Below are positions 37,300 through 49,444 of a stretch of 64,000 nt of DNA, piece by piece. Below the pieces are notes generated by a model. It saw nothing but the letters and a program-made list of their open reading frames with translations, did no database searches and was not told where the DNA came from. The first letter of the stretch is position 1. Each line of letters opens with the position of its first letter. The translations under genes and the position numbers were made by a program. This stretch comes from Octopus sinensis (lineage: Eukaryota): NCBI RefSeq assembly GCF_006345805.1, contig NW_021825323.1, positions 868,001-932,000 on the forward strand, in the 5' to 3' direction.

Positions 37300-38900
37300 T
37301 GAGTGGTTTTTGTAGTACTTAGAAAAAATGCCGTACGACAGGGATCATTTTAACTTTTGCTTTGTGAATAATTCCCAGTTCGCTTGCTAACAAGCCGTAT
37401 TTCTACATTTTCTTCTCTTGAACTTATTTCAAGCGACATTAGAACTTTATTTCGACCTCGATTAGAGTAATCGATCTTGCCGTAGACAAAAGATCGGGTC
37501 TGTTGTTTCCCCAGCAGTATCGGTTCTGATTGTTGTATCTATCCTTATTTTGGCAAACTCATTAGCCATGCCATATTGAACTGAATAGGCCTTGAGCCTC
37601 TTGGTTTTCCCGAGTGAAATTTTTTTACAAATGAAGATGTAAACACTTCATGACTCCATTATGTCTTCTGAAGTAGGAGCTGTTGAGTATTTTTTCACAT
37701 CTCGTAGCGAGGTGCTCAACTCTTTTTTTTGTAGAATCACAGTGGTTATAGCTATTTTTACCATACCAAAAAACAGGCTGCGGTATAACATCCCTTCATT
37801 TAGTGAAAAGTTGTTTCAGTTTATTAGCCACCCTGCTGATTCGACGAGTTGATTCGACGACTTATATAAAATTAAGTGCAAATATTTTTTCTAAATTTTC
37901 TCTAGGAGATCTACCAGTTAAATTTCTTTCAGTTCCTTAGGTTTCAATTCCTTTGCAGTGCCAATATTATAGTTTCGAAAACAAAACCACAATTGTGGCC
38001 GTATGCGTTTTTTGTATGACTTTTAGAATTTCGGGCCTTCTCAAACAGTGATTGGCTTTGTGCTCAAAATCTTCAAGAAACTTTTGAAGTATTCTTTCAG
38101 AATTAATTTTTATAGACTCGAAACCCCGCCTCAGTTTATCTTTTGATAAATATAGTTTTTCTTTGTCTGATTGTCGAAAATGTATCTAATTGTCCGTTAG
38201 GATTTGGCAAATTTTGTCGATGCATTCGAATTTTAGAGGCGCGATATCAATAAACCCAATATAATATTTTTACAAGGATACATAAAAGTACGTCTGTAAA
38301 GTGCTTTCATCCTGCCTATCTTACTGTAAAACTCAGGAACGCGGGGGAATGAATCAGAAATGTGTTGAAAATCTCATTGCTTTTCACAGGAAACAACTCA
38401 GGTCAAACCTTAAAATACACTATCCGATGAAGATCAAGAACTAAGACTTATACTACGTTTCCAAAGCAGAACACTTTCATTAATTTTTAATAGAATTGAC
38501 TCCATAACTTTTTGTTTAAGCTCCAGTTGTGATCTTAATTAATTAACAATTTGGGGAATTTTGAATAAATATTCCAGTGAGAGGATCCGTGACAATAAAG
38601 AACAATTGTATGGATAATAAATCACTTTGTAGGATCTCACAATCATTTTTTTGATCAATTGGGAGGCTCACAGTCCATCTCTTAACAATACTTTTTAAAA
38701 AGTGGTTATTCACAAAGAAATTCCTAAGAACTTGACCACATGGAATAAAAAGTTACGGTCGAAATGGCTTTTTGACATCGATTCATAGTGAGTAGAAATT
38801 GTTTTGATACTCCTTATTGATAAACTGATTAATGAGGGCTTGTTATTTTGCACCTTGGCATTACTTTTTTGTCCAAACTGATTATCGGTAATTAAACAAA
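37300..38900 (-). mobile_element. Heavily degraded R4-like non-LTR element (RT plus RLE), with a small opposite-strand RTE-like insert near 38290-38470
   Basis: Minus-strand remnants IDVKK, ILQSDLLS..LFFIVTDPL, NRPDL...LIEV, KYGLLASELG...KVKMIPVV. Confidence 0.65.
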
Positions 38901-39181
38901 ATAAATTTATAAAATCAGAGAGTTTTGAGTTTACGCATTTAGTTATATTTTGTATAGATATGCATTTGTAGTAATTTTTAGAACAAAAATATGTCTGAAA
39001 ATTATGGACAAAATGTAAAATACTATGACAACTATGATCATATTTGTTAAATTACATCACTTTGACAGGCAGTATTGACAAAATATAACTTTTTGAAAGT
39101 TCTATGTAATTTTGATCGCTAATTTAGAAGAGTAGATTGATTAAAGTACTATTATATAACAAATTCTAGACATATTGTTAA

Positions 39182-40394
39182 TCAATTGCCGTTCGTATGA
39201 GATGGTGATGGTTGGTAAACTTCCGAAAGAACGTCTAGAATGGAAAGGAGACCGTCATTTCCTCCAAAATTCTCAATTATTTGTCGCAATCTAAAAAAAT
39301 GATAAACCCAAAAATCTTAACTGGCATTCCAAGTCAATAAGCGTCCTTCTAGTGTGCTCGTAGCTGCCAAGTTCATCAATTTTAGCAAGACATTCCAATT
39401 TCTCTTCATCGTTGTCCACCCGGCGTTTAAGGGTTCGTTTAAGTTAAGAAAAATAAACTAAAATTTAAAATTTGACAATTTTAAAGGATATTCATGACAT
39501 CTCCTTCTGGCCCTTCTTCAAGAATAGCGTGGGTAATGACATACGAAAACTTTCCTTCAGTCAAATCACTAGCTAGTCCTTTCATTCGAAAATACTGCCA
39601 AAATAAAAATTATGAAAACATTTGAAGAATAAAGATCGGCAAAATCGTCCCTAATTTGGAAATAGACACCAAAAACATCACAAAACTCTGAATAATCTCT
39701 ACAATCATCACAGTCAAACCTCTACCTTGTATCACAAAGGCTAAACAGCTGACACAAACTCACCACAAGACTAAAAAGTCCTCCAGTTTCTAAAATTTTA
39801 ATGACATGTTTTACTATATTTTGCTATTTGATAATATTGTGCGATTGTAGGGCAAATGAAAGAATCCCTGAAATAAATTTCCATTCCTTGACCTTCGTGA
39901 AGTCGCATCATATGATCTAAAAAATATTGAGATGTCTATAAACCACAAAAGATGTGAGAGGCCTCAGGTTTTCCCAAAGCAAGAATTCGCGAAAATGCCA
40001 AAAAATATACATAATTCGCGGAATTTAGTGTCATTGGAATCCCGTAAATAATATGTGAGGCTAGAATAACAAAAATCAACAAACAACCTTTGACACCTCG
40101 GCGAAGTTTTGCGGAGTCTTCAATATCGTCAATTCTACAAAAAATGCCAAAATAGGAAATACAAAAGACTGGCGTTGTGAAGAAGACCGCAGATTTCAGT
40201 GATTGCGCAAAGTTTGTCTACCGGTATTTTTAGCCAGGTGTTGAATGCCTTAAAATTGAGATTTTTAGTTCTACTTGTGCAAACGATTTTCGAAAATTTT
40301 TTCCGGGGATTTTTTCAATGTATCTGAAAGGCGCAAGTACAAACTAAAAATTTTGGTAAAATTAGCTGACCTTTTCTCCACATAATTCGTCCAT
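39182..40394 (-). CDS. GGPS1: Geranylgeranyl diphosphate synthase
   Basis: [66 protein letters not shown]; tiny GT-AG introns plus one AT-AC intron. Confidence 0.96.
39437..39491 (-). other. U12-type (minor spliceosome) AT-AC intron, 55 nt
   Basis: 5' ATATCCTTT, branch-like TTCTTAAC, 3' AC; removal restores the frame; no GT-AG solution avoids a stop. Confidence 0.8.
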
Positions 40395-40466
40395 ATTAAT
40401 TAATCTTTTTAAAACATACACATTAATTTGAAATATAAAATTATAATATATTATTTCTTCATTGTG
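40395..40466. promoter_or_regulatory. 72-bp bidirectional promoter region, GGPS1/HMG gene
   Basis: Divergent ATGs at 40394 (-) and 40467 (+). Confidence 0.5.
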
Positions 40467-41491
40467 ATGCTTCGATCATTACTCATTAATTTGTTAAAAT
40501 TTGTATTTTTATTTTAGAACATTAGCTCGCCGTATAAGCTTGAATTCTCAATACATCATAAATGAAGGCTACAAAAGCTTTGTGATTCACAAAAGAAAAC
40601 AAGACAGCCTACGATTTGAAAGTGGGCTTGTTTTTAGAAATACTTAGCTAATGAGGAATATCTTGACTATTGTGCACAGGAATGGGAAAAGATGCCTCAA
40701 TATCGTAAAAATGTAAGATTTTTTTAATATTTCTGATATATATTGCAAATTCTGCCTATAACCAGACAAAAAATATCCCAATCAAACGAAACCAGTCCGC
40801 TAAGACTGCCATTTCTGAATTTTATAGTAATTAAAAGATCTTAATTCCAAGAAATGCAGGCAGTCAAGTTCGGGATGCCAGTTCCCCCCAAAAAGCTGAA
40901 TCTCCATTTCATCGAATCATACAGAAAAGCAGAATTAGATAAAAAAGAATACAATTTTAAGCAATTAATGGCCAAAACATCAATGAGTCTCCGTCGTCGT
41001 GTCTGGACAACTCCTGAAGTACAAAAATATCAATTTTTGTTGTATCTTAGTGGAGAAATGCAACTTTTGATAGAAAAATATTCCGAAGCTTTTAATTTAT
41101 GGGCTCAGAAGGCAATGAAACGTGGACAATATAACCTTGGTTTTTTCCCTTCATAATTCTTGACAGTTCCGGCGGAGTTTCTCCCAGAAAATGAAATGGA
41201 CAAACAAAAATTAATTGATCGAGATTTACTTAACATTGTTTTGCCCAAAGTACTCAGAGCGACCTCGTTCTTGCTGTTTGTACACGAAAAAACTAATTTA
41301 ACGACAGTTTCTGAGGTCGGTTTGATTGGATTGTAATGTTTTTAGGCTCTCCTGAAGGATATGGTGAGTGAGTGGAGAAAATTGCCAGGGCAAGTGAGAA
41401 AGGTGGTTTAACAAAGCTTATTTTTTAGGAGTACAAATCTAAATCTGAAAAACTTAGAGCACTTCCATTTGAAATTGAGATTGATTCGTGA
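40467..41491 (+). CDS. HMG-box protein, TFAM-like, probable mitochondrial presequence
   Basis: MLRSLLINLTLARRISL N-terminus; HMG-like helices CAQEWEKMPQYRKNIY, GMPVPPKK...EKYSEAFNLW and TSFLLFVHEK...SEWRKLPGQVRKEYKSK; some exon joins uncertain. Confidence 0.65.
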
Positions 41492-41898
41492 CTTTTTTTT
41501 ATGTCTTTGGTTCTATTAGATTATTTGTAATACTTTTGAGCAGATTAGTCTTATTATTTCATAGCCAAGCAAAATTATCAAGAAATGATATTCAAGAGAA
41601 TGATAGTTTTCACGAAATTGGACATATGAAACTTGCTGCTAAAGGTTGAGATAATTATTGGCCATTTTCTACGATGTTTGCTTTTAAACTTGATATAAGC
41701 AGTTCGAAATATTTCAGACGCCCACTGAACTTGGTCATTTTATTTTACTTGATCAAAGATTAATTTTAAGGAAAAAGATCCGCTCTGCTAAGTCGTTTTT
41801 AAAAAGAAAACTAATTCTTTAAATTGGCTTGTCTTGGATTAAACTCGATACAATTTAATCGTTTATTATTAAGAATTTTCTAATTGACATACCAATTA

Positions 41899-42469
41899 CA
41901 GTAGACTATCCATTTAACGAAAAAAAATTTAACGAAAATATTTATTTTACGAAAGTAAAATATTTTTTTACGTTTTTCCTTAGATAAATTCAAAAATAAA
42001 ATTTTTTTTTCTTTGTATTAGTGAATATTTAAATATATTTAACGAATATTTAAATAACGAAAATTAAAATTTTTGATAAAATTTTAAAATAATTTTTCCT
42101 CGCTATTTCTTTGTAGTAAACCATGTGTGCAAGGGTGAACAATATGAAGAAAAAAAGAAAAACTTATCAAATTCAACAAAAACTGGAAGTTATTGATTTT
42201 AGGAATAATCCTGCTGTTACTCAAGAAAATTTGGCTCAGTGGTTTAATATGCCTATTGGAGTGATCAATTCAACGTTGAAGAAATATTTTTTGCAAGAAT
42301 CTGGTGAACATATTCACCTAATTACAAATTTGAGAAATATATTGGCAAAAATTAAAAAGAAGGAACCTAAAATTACCGATTACATGACACATTTTAATTA
42401 AACAATTTTTTTCGTTAAATTCATTAACGAATGCTCAATTTTCATTTTCGTTAAATGAATAGTCTACTG
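41899..42469 (+). mobile_element. Internally deleted Tigger/pogo element (571 bp)
   Basis: TA TSD; ~25-bp TIR CAGTAGACTAT.CATTTAACGAAAA; ORF 42123..42401 fuses the N-terminal HTH to C-terminal KITDY. Confidence 0.92.
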
Positions 42470-42829
42470 TAGTATGCCTGAAGAAAAAAATTGAGATCAG
42501 CAGAAAATTAAAAGAGATAAGAAAGTTTTTTTTAACAAGGGGTAGCAATTTACATACCTCCTTTCTCTCTTCTTTCTCTTCTCTAATGTCATCTAATGAC
42601 TGAATCGCTAAACATCTACGGATCGACCTTCATGTGAAATTATGGTAACTCATGCTCTCGCACTCAATCACTTAAACTTGTGGAAACATTATATGTATAA
42701 AATGTATTTTTAAATGTCATTAGACAAATCAATCTACTATATAGGTTCTTATAAAATACAAGTAAATATGTCAAATTAATTAGAATATGTATGAATAAAT
42801 CATCAAATCAATTTGATATCTCCTTCCAT

Positions 42830-43015
42830 TCGCGGTTGAGACTTCCGGTTCCTTGGGCAGTAAGGCAATCAGCTTCGTTCAGGAGATCGGGTCCCGCATG
42901 TTTGCCATCACAGGCGACGCCCGCGAATCGAGATGGTTTTTCGAGCGGATATCCCTTGCGATAGTGCGCTCTAACTCTTTCTCGATCGCGTCGGCTTCCC
43001 GCCCAGGAAGCTTTT
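42830..43015 (+). mobile_element. CRE-like 3' terminal fragment
   Basis: AVETSGSLG...RESRWFFERISLAIVRSN. Confidence 0.8.
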
Positions 43016-43390
43016 AATTAATTAACTTATTGTTAAATTAATGCAGAAATGTTTTTTAAAAAAAAAAAAATTTGATATCTCTAATCAGCATAGAGGCAAA
43101 TACATGATGTTTTGGATTTCCTGTCATTAATAAAGAAATGCAAGTCTTTAGTGGAATTGAGAATCTGCATCTAGGACCTTTTGATATCATTTTCTCGATG
43201 ATACGATTCGTGATTCCAAAGTAATAACGACTACATAAATGCTTTTTTATGACGCAGAGATACAATCAACCTCATTTCTGGCTCATTTGCCTGAACAATG
43301 ACGAGTTTGTCATGTTCATTTTCAGTTTTTAGGTAACCCAATTTGTTAATGAAACAATAGTTCGAGTGTTAATTAAGTGAATTTATGATG

Positions 43391-43640
43391 TTAATTCTTT
43401 GATTGAGAGGACGCGCGAATAGATAGGCAGTTTCCGCGCAATATCGCTAGCGAAATGCGCTGAAAAAGCCAGCTAGACTCATGTCTTTCGTGATTTTTCC
43501 TCGAGATCATCAAACCGATTTCTGAAAGGAACTCCAGGGCTTTCGGGCCGATTATCCCACTCGTCTCGAAAGCCAGGGGGACGAAAAGGCAGGTGTTCTC
43601 CAATGAAACGTACTTTGCGAATGAGGCGTACTTTGCGTTT
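43391..43640 (-). mobile_element. CRE-like 3' terminal fragment
   Basis: FVPLAFETSGIIGP...ESSWLFQRISLAILRGNC. Confidence 0.85.
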
Positions 43641-43985
43641 TTTTAGGTATAGTTTATCGTTTTTAATTTTAAACTTTTTCGATTTTTTTATGATGTGTAC
43701 AACAATTCAGTCATAATACTATTTATATAAAAGCCCCGTTATATTTCCCGAGTTCATAAACTTGCAAAACCAAATTTCGAAGGAGTCGACATGCTTATTG
43801 TCAACATTTAGAAAACACAAACTTTTAAGAAAACATAAAACACAATTTTTATAAACTAAAATAAACAAACATATCAACTTTTTGAGGATTGTTTGATATT
43901 CATTAAAAACGGACACACAAATACAGAAAAATGTGAACTAAAATCAAGAAAAGCATATTAAAGAAAAGAATAAAAGTTGATAGTA

Positions 43986-44468
43986 TTAATCCAGACGGTT
44001 TTTTCTTCGTTGTTTTTCCTTCTGTCGCATCCTGAGAGTTCCGAACTGCTTCTTTTTCTGGTTTTTCTTCTTCTTCCGATCCTTACATGCACCACGTTTT
44101 ACTTTACTCTTAAGTCCGAACTTAAGACTCAGTAAATGCATTCAAACTTTATTGAGACGGTGAATAGGCTCTACTTTTAGTACATCCTGAGGAGTGTTAT
44201 AGATTAGGGCAAATCCAGTCGTCTTTGTGTTCCCAAATTGAGTTTTAAGGCCGTGGCAAATTACTCGATCGAGAGTGACATTGTGCATTTTTGCCAAATA
44301 TTCCCTCACTGCTTGGCGGGTAGGAGTGCCAGTGGTGGTGTGGCGAATAGTAAACATCATCTGTCTCCTATCCAAGAGAGGGTTCTTCATAGATTTTTGT
44401 GTTGATATAGTTATGGATTTGTCAGTCTAATATTTTATTAAAAATTTGAAACACACCAGAACACCCAT
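43986..44468 (-). CDS. RPS24: 40S ribosomal protein eS24
   Basis: NPLLDRRQM...GLKTQFGNTKTTGFALIY...EPIHRL; two tiny introns; basic tail. Confidence 0.96.
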
Positions 44469-44759
44469 GAAAAGCACGACAAAATATTTTATTCGAATTT
44501 ATGTTAATTAAAAATAACTAATTCTAATTATAAATTTTCTTTATTTTCATTTAAAATTGACGCACGTTTGACATAAAAAATACTAGATCTCCTCTTTAAA
44601 TTTCATAGGAAAATTGTTGCGGAAATTATTAAAGCCCAATAAACTACTTTTTACTAATATATTAAATATTAAAAATATTTAATATTAATTTTGTTAGCAA
44701 ATAAAATATATTGATAATATGTGTATCCAATACACAATTCTGTCTACTGTGGGGAGACT

Positions 44760-46229
44760 ATGAGCCAGAAGGACTTTGACAGTGTCTACCTTAAGCAATG
44801 TGTTTTGGAGAATTGCACCCCTTCCACAAAAATCAGAAATAACGCCAAATCCAAATTAGTGAACATTGAGGCAGATAAGTTGGAGTAAGTAACATTGATT
44901 ACCCCTCTCAGCAAGTCTGACTGGAATGCTCTCCTCAACACACTCAGCATGAACAGAGACATGGAGCGAGTAGTCATCCGCAACTCCCGAATGATAAAGG
45001 GGAATGCTTCCAATCACAAGCCTCCAATTGAAGATAACACCCTACTAAGAAAACTAGTCCAATCAATCAGTGGATTGGTCTCCTCAGACAAATGGCTGAC
45101 CACACTCCACTTGGAAGGTCTCCTTTTGACCAAAGGACACATTTCCTGTATATTTAAAGTAACTGTTTGTTGACTAATTCAGTTTATGAGGACATCGGGG
45201 ACTAAATTAAAGTCTTTTTCCTTGGCTTACTGCAATATTGGAGATGAGGGAGTGAAAGTTGTGTCTGAGGGACTTCTCGAGTCGGTGACTCAACTTAACC
45301 TGAGTGGATGTGGGTTGTCTAATGAGGGCGTGTCTATGCTCTCTCAAGTCATTCGAGTAAGGCAAATACTCATTTGTAGTCCCAAGCACTGAAGAGACAC
45401 GAAGAGGCCTGGAAGGACACTCTCCGATACCAACTTCCCAACTTTGATAGAATGAGTTGTCTCCGACGTCTCACTCTTAACGACAATCCTCTTATCGATG
45501 ATGAGGGAGTGGGGATAATGGCCAATACACTCGAGAGTAATGTCTGGGTTAAGGGTGGGTCACTGTCCTCATTTCTAGCCCTCGATCTTCAGCGTTGTGG
45601 CATAACTGTCCGGGGAGCTCAGAGTATTCTTGACATGCTCAGACTAAACACTTCTCTTTTAGTGGTTGACATACGTGGCAATTCAATTAGTATATTTCTA
45701 CTTATTTTTTAGATTCTTCAATCCTCCAAGCCATTCAAGAACAGTTGCAGATCAATTGTGGTAATGGAGAGACTTCGGTAGGGCTATTTTGTCATGTGGC
45801 AGTACAAGTGGATGGAAATGCCTGTCCCCACCACCAAGACGTGTCCTGTTCAAAGTCAACTCAGTCAGCTGAATCTTGAACTAGCCAAAGTCAGTGAGGA
45901 AAAGAAGGAGTTGTGTGACCAAATAGCCTTGGTTGGCTACTTATTTGACTTTATAGTTACGCAATGAAAATACTCGTCTGAGGAATGAACTGTCCAAACA
46001 TTCCCTCGTCGCCAACAATGAGTTTCTCAGTTATATTGAAGACACTTTTCAGCAGTTTAACGATTTTTTTGCATCTCTCGGGTAACGTGTGTGGTAATTG
46101 TTTAGCATACAGTCACAGACTCAATCAATAGTCCAGCAGTATTTGGCAGGTGCACACGTGTCCAGTAAAGTGGAGTCCTCCAACTATGAAAATGCTAGTT
46201 CTAATGACTTATTTCCTCATTCAATCTAG
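44760..46229 (+). CDS. CEP78: Centrosomal LRR protein CEP78
   Basis: DWNALLNTLSMN, RHEEAWKDTLRYQLPNFDRMSCLRRLTLNDNPLI, WVKALDLQRCGI; 7 tiny GT-AG introns. Confidence 0.9.
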
Positions 46230-46692
46230 TTTTATTATTTTAAATGAATTATATGTTCTTTTTGTTACTTGTTTTTACCACCAGTCATGAGTCGAATGCC
46301 TAGGTTAGAAACGTTGTACATGGAGATTTACCTCTCCTTGTGCGTGCAGTACATTAATGTCATTGTGGCTGTTCTTGTATGTGCCATCATATAGGATCAT
46401 TATATTGAAAGTAAAAGTGACTTGTTCGTCTTGACACCCATTTTCGTGGAAACAAAAGCAAATACATCTGCGAAAATACAGCAAGATTAGAACAATGAAT
46501 GGAAGAAAGTAACTTGCCTGTGTCTGCCGGGCAGGAAAAGAAATATAAACAATTATTTGTCTGACTTTAATTTTTTGGCTGATTATGGCTATATTTGTTA
46601 AAAAACAGTTATTTAGTCAAATAATCATTTTTTAATAAAAATAGATACAATAACTATACCATTTCGAAACCGCAAGCTCAAAAAATATTTTT

Positions 46693-48360
46693 ATGTTAAT
46701 CCAATTGATAAACGGAGTTGCAAAAAACTCATACAAATCAACTTGTATGAGTCTGTTCAGCAGAAGCCTGACCAGTATTTCTGGAACAAATGCCCTGGAA
46801 GTAACAGATCCAAAAATTCTACAATTATTACTTGCCGAAAAAACCAGACAACATGAAACTCTTAATCTAATTGCTTCTGAAGTGCTTCATTCTAATTAAC
46901 ATTAGAATTTTTCTAGCTGTGCAGTTGCAGAGACAAACGCCTCGTGTCTAAACAGTAAGATGACTGAAGGATATCCTGGAGCTCGGTGACAGTGGTAAAA
47001 ATATGTTAGATACTATGGGGGATCGTACATTCTTGATAAAATTGAACGACTTTGTCAGTCAAGAGCACTCTCGTTATTTGGATTAAAGGACACTGAGTGG
47101 GCAGTCAACGTCCAATCTTTGTCTGGCAGTCCTGCAAACCTCCAAGCTTACAGTGCTCTTATCAAACCGAATGAGCGAATTATGGCCCTTGAACGTCTAC
47201 ACGGAGGACAGTAAGTTACTTGATTAACCACAGTTTCTCGCATGGGTTTACCACCTCAATATCATCCCAACTCTTTCAGTTTATGCCTTACAGACTAAAT
47301 GCAATATTTAATCTTTTATTCGCCAGAGAGACAGCCTCCTTATCGACTACGAGGAATTGGCTGATACAGCCAGATTATTCAAACCTAGAATAATTGTTGC
47401 TGGCACTTCTTGCTATTCCCGTCTCATTGATTACGCTCGATTTAAAGAGGTTGGTGAATGTTATTCATCAGATTTGTGATGACGTGGGGGCATATCTGAT
47501 GGTGGACATGGCACATATTTCTGGACTAGTTGCTGCGGGAGTAATTCCTAGTCCATTCCCCTACGCCGATATTGTAACTTCCACCACTCATAAAACTCTT
47601 CGCGGTCCTCGGTTTGGACATTTTGTCAGTAAACTAGATCTGGAATCATTTTTGTACGAAAAAGTGAAAATGAACCAAACTTGGTTTCTGCTCTGGATTT
47701 TTCAGTTTTTCCAAGTTTTCAAGGGGCCCCTCATCTGCACACGATAGGAGCCCTAGCTGTAGCTCTAAAAGAAGTGTTTTTTACCATAATTGTACCTAAG
47801 GCTGCATCCCCGGAATTTAGGAAATATCAATCACAAGTCGTAACAAATGCAAAAGAGTTATCCAAATGTCTACAATCTCTAGGGTATCAAATTGTGACAG
47901 GTAGAAATTGGTTTTTATTGAAAGGGGGAACTGATAATCATCTTATGCTAATTGATCTCCGTTCTATTGGTCTGAACGGAATATGGGCTCAGCATATGTG
48001 CGATTATGTGGGCATTTCACTGAACAAAGGCACCTGTCCTTATGACGACAATCAAACTGTCCCCGGAGGGATCAGAATTGGTGTTGCATTTATGGATAAT
48101 ATATTTATAGGAACTGCTGCTATTACATCGAGAGGATTGCAAACCAGTGATATGCAACAGGTAGCAACACTTTTGAGCAAGGCATTGGAAATTGGCAAAA
48201 AAGTGGCACATAATACAAGTTCTTAATGTTTTTTACACAAAAAGAAGAGTTGAATGACTTCATCCACCAAATTCAAAATGAAGAAGAATCAAATATATTA
48301 CAAAAACAAATTAAAGAATTCGTTAGCCAATTTCAAGCTCCGGGGCATTCCATAATTTAG
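46693..48360 (+). CDS. SHMT2: Serine hydroxymethyltransferase, mitochondrial type, divergent
   Basis: [59 protein letters not shown]; 10 introns of 22-30 nt, one GC-AG. Confidence 0.93.
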
Positions 48361-48519
48361 ATATCTTTCATGGAACATTAATATATTTAATTAAATTTGA
48401 TTCTTTCTAAAATTTTTTGGCTCTCATTTTCAATTTTTAGTCGATCCATCGTCATTATTCTTCCAAACTTGTACTTTTGAATTAGTCAATTCATTGTTAA
48501 CTTTTTAAAGTTATGAAAT

Positions 48520-49170
48520 GCACTTATTATATCTCTGGAGCAAGCTGAAAAATGCTATCTTCCATCGCATTGATTGTAGAAACTCGTTCCTTAGTAGATT
48601 GTCATTGTACAACTCCTTCATACAATGCGTCGTCATTTTTTATACCAGAAATTTCCCTAATTTTCCATATTCGTGGGATAGTATTATTGTTACAGGATTC
48701 TTTAGTATCGATGTGAGATATTGTAATTTATTATCACCCAGCCCTTGAAATGAAAACTGTTAATGTTGTCATGTTCAGTTGCATGGGATTGCTTGAGCTT
48801 TTCGCTGCTTTTGAGATAATATAATTGAAGGATTGGTATATGATAGTGGGTTGATTGCCTTCCATGTGTTATTTGATACTAGGTTTGGAGAGCAGAAGGA
48901 GATATCCGGGGAGGTAGTGTTGTGGTTTGACTGGTATGGTTGGTGGGTATATTTTTAGGGGATTATTGAGAATGTGTAGACTGTCTAATTGATCATATAT
49001 TTAATTGTCGCAGGGATTGCCAGGGTTCGATTTGTACTAGGATGTGCGATGTGAATTGAAGTCCCATACGAGAAGAAGATTATTTTTGTTGTTAAAGGTT
49101 TCAAGATGTGGATTATATGAGCACGGAATGGCAGTTGAGGTTAAGGGAATGTAGATGTTAATTACATTGA
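48520..49170 (-). mobile_element. Degraded LINE APE endonuclease fragment
   Basis: Minus strand NIYIP...LVWDFNSH...TSPDISFCSP. Confidence 0.65.
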
Positions 49171-49444
49171 GATTGGTTTTAATTTTATATTTTATTTTAA
49201 TAGATTGTAGCTCTTTTTTCTCACCGACTTTATATCTGAATCTGAAGTTTTCAGATATCTATATCTGAAGTCGTTTGATGTTTCGATGTATGAGATATTT
49301 TTACTGCTAAACGTAATTAGGCCACCATTGGAGGAAAGTCTATCAAGTCGAATAATGGAATAAACTGAAATTTTTGGCGTTTTTTGTATTTCATTTAATT
49401 TACTTTCTTGTATTAAGTCAATATCGAGGTTGTTTGAGATAATA

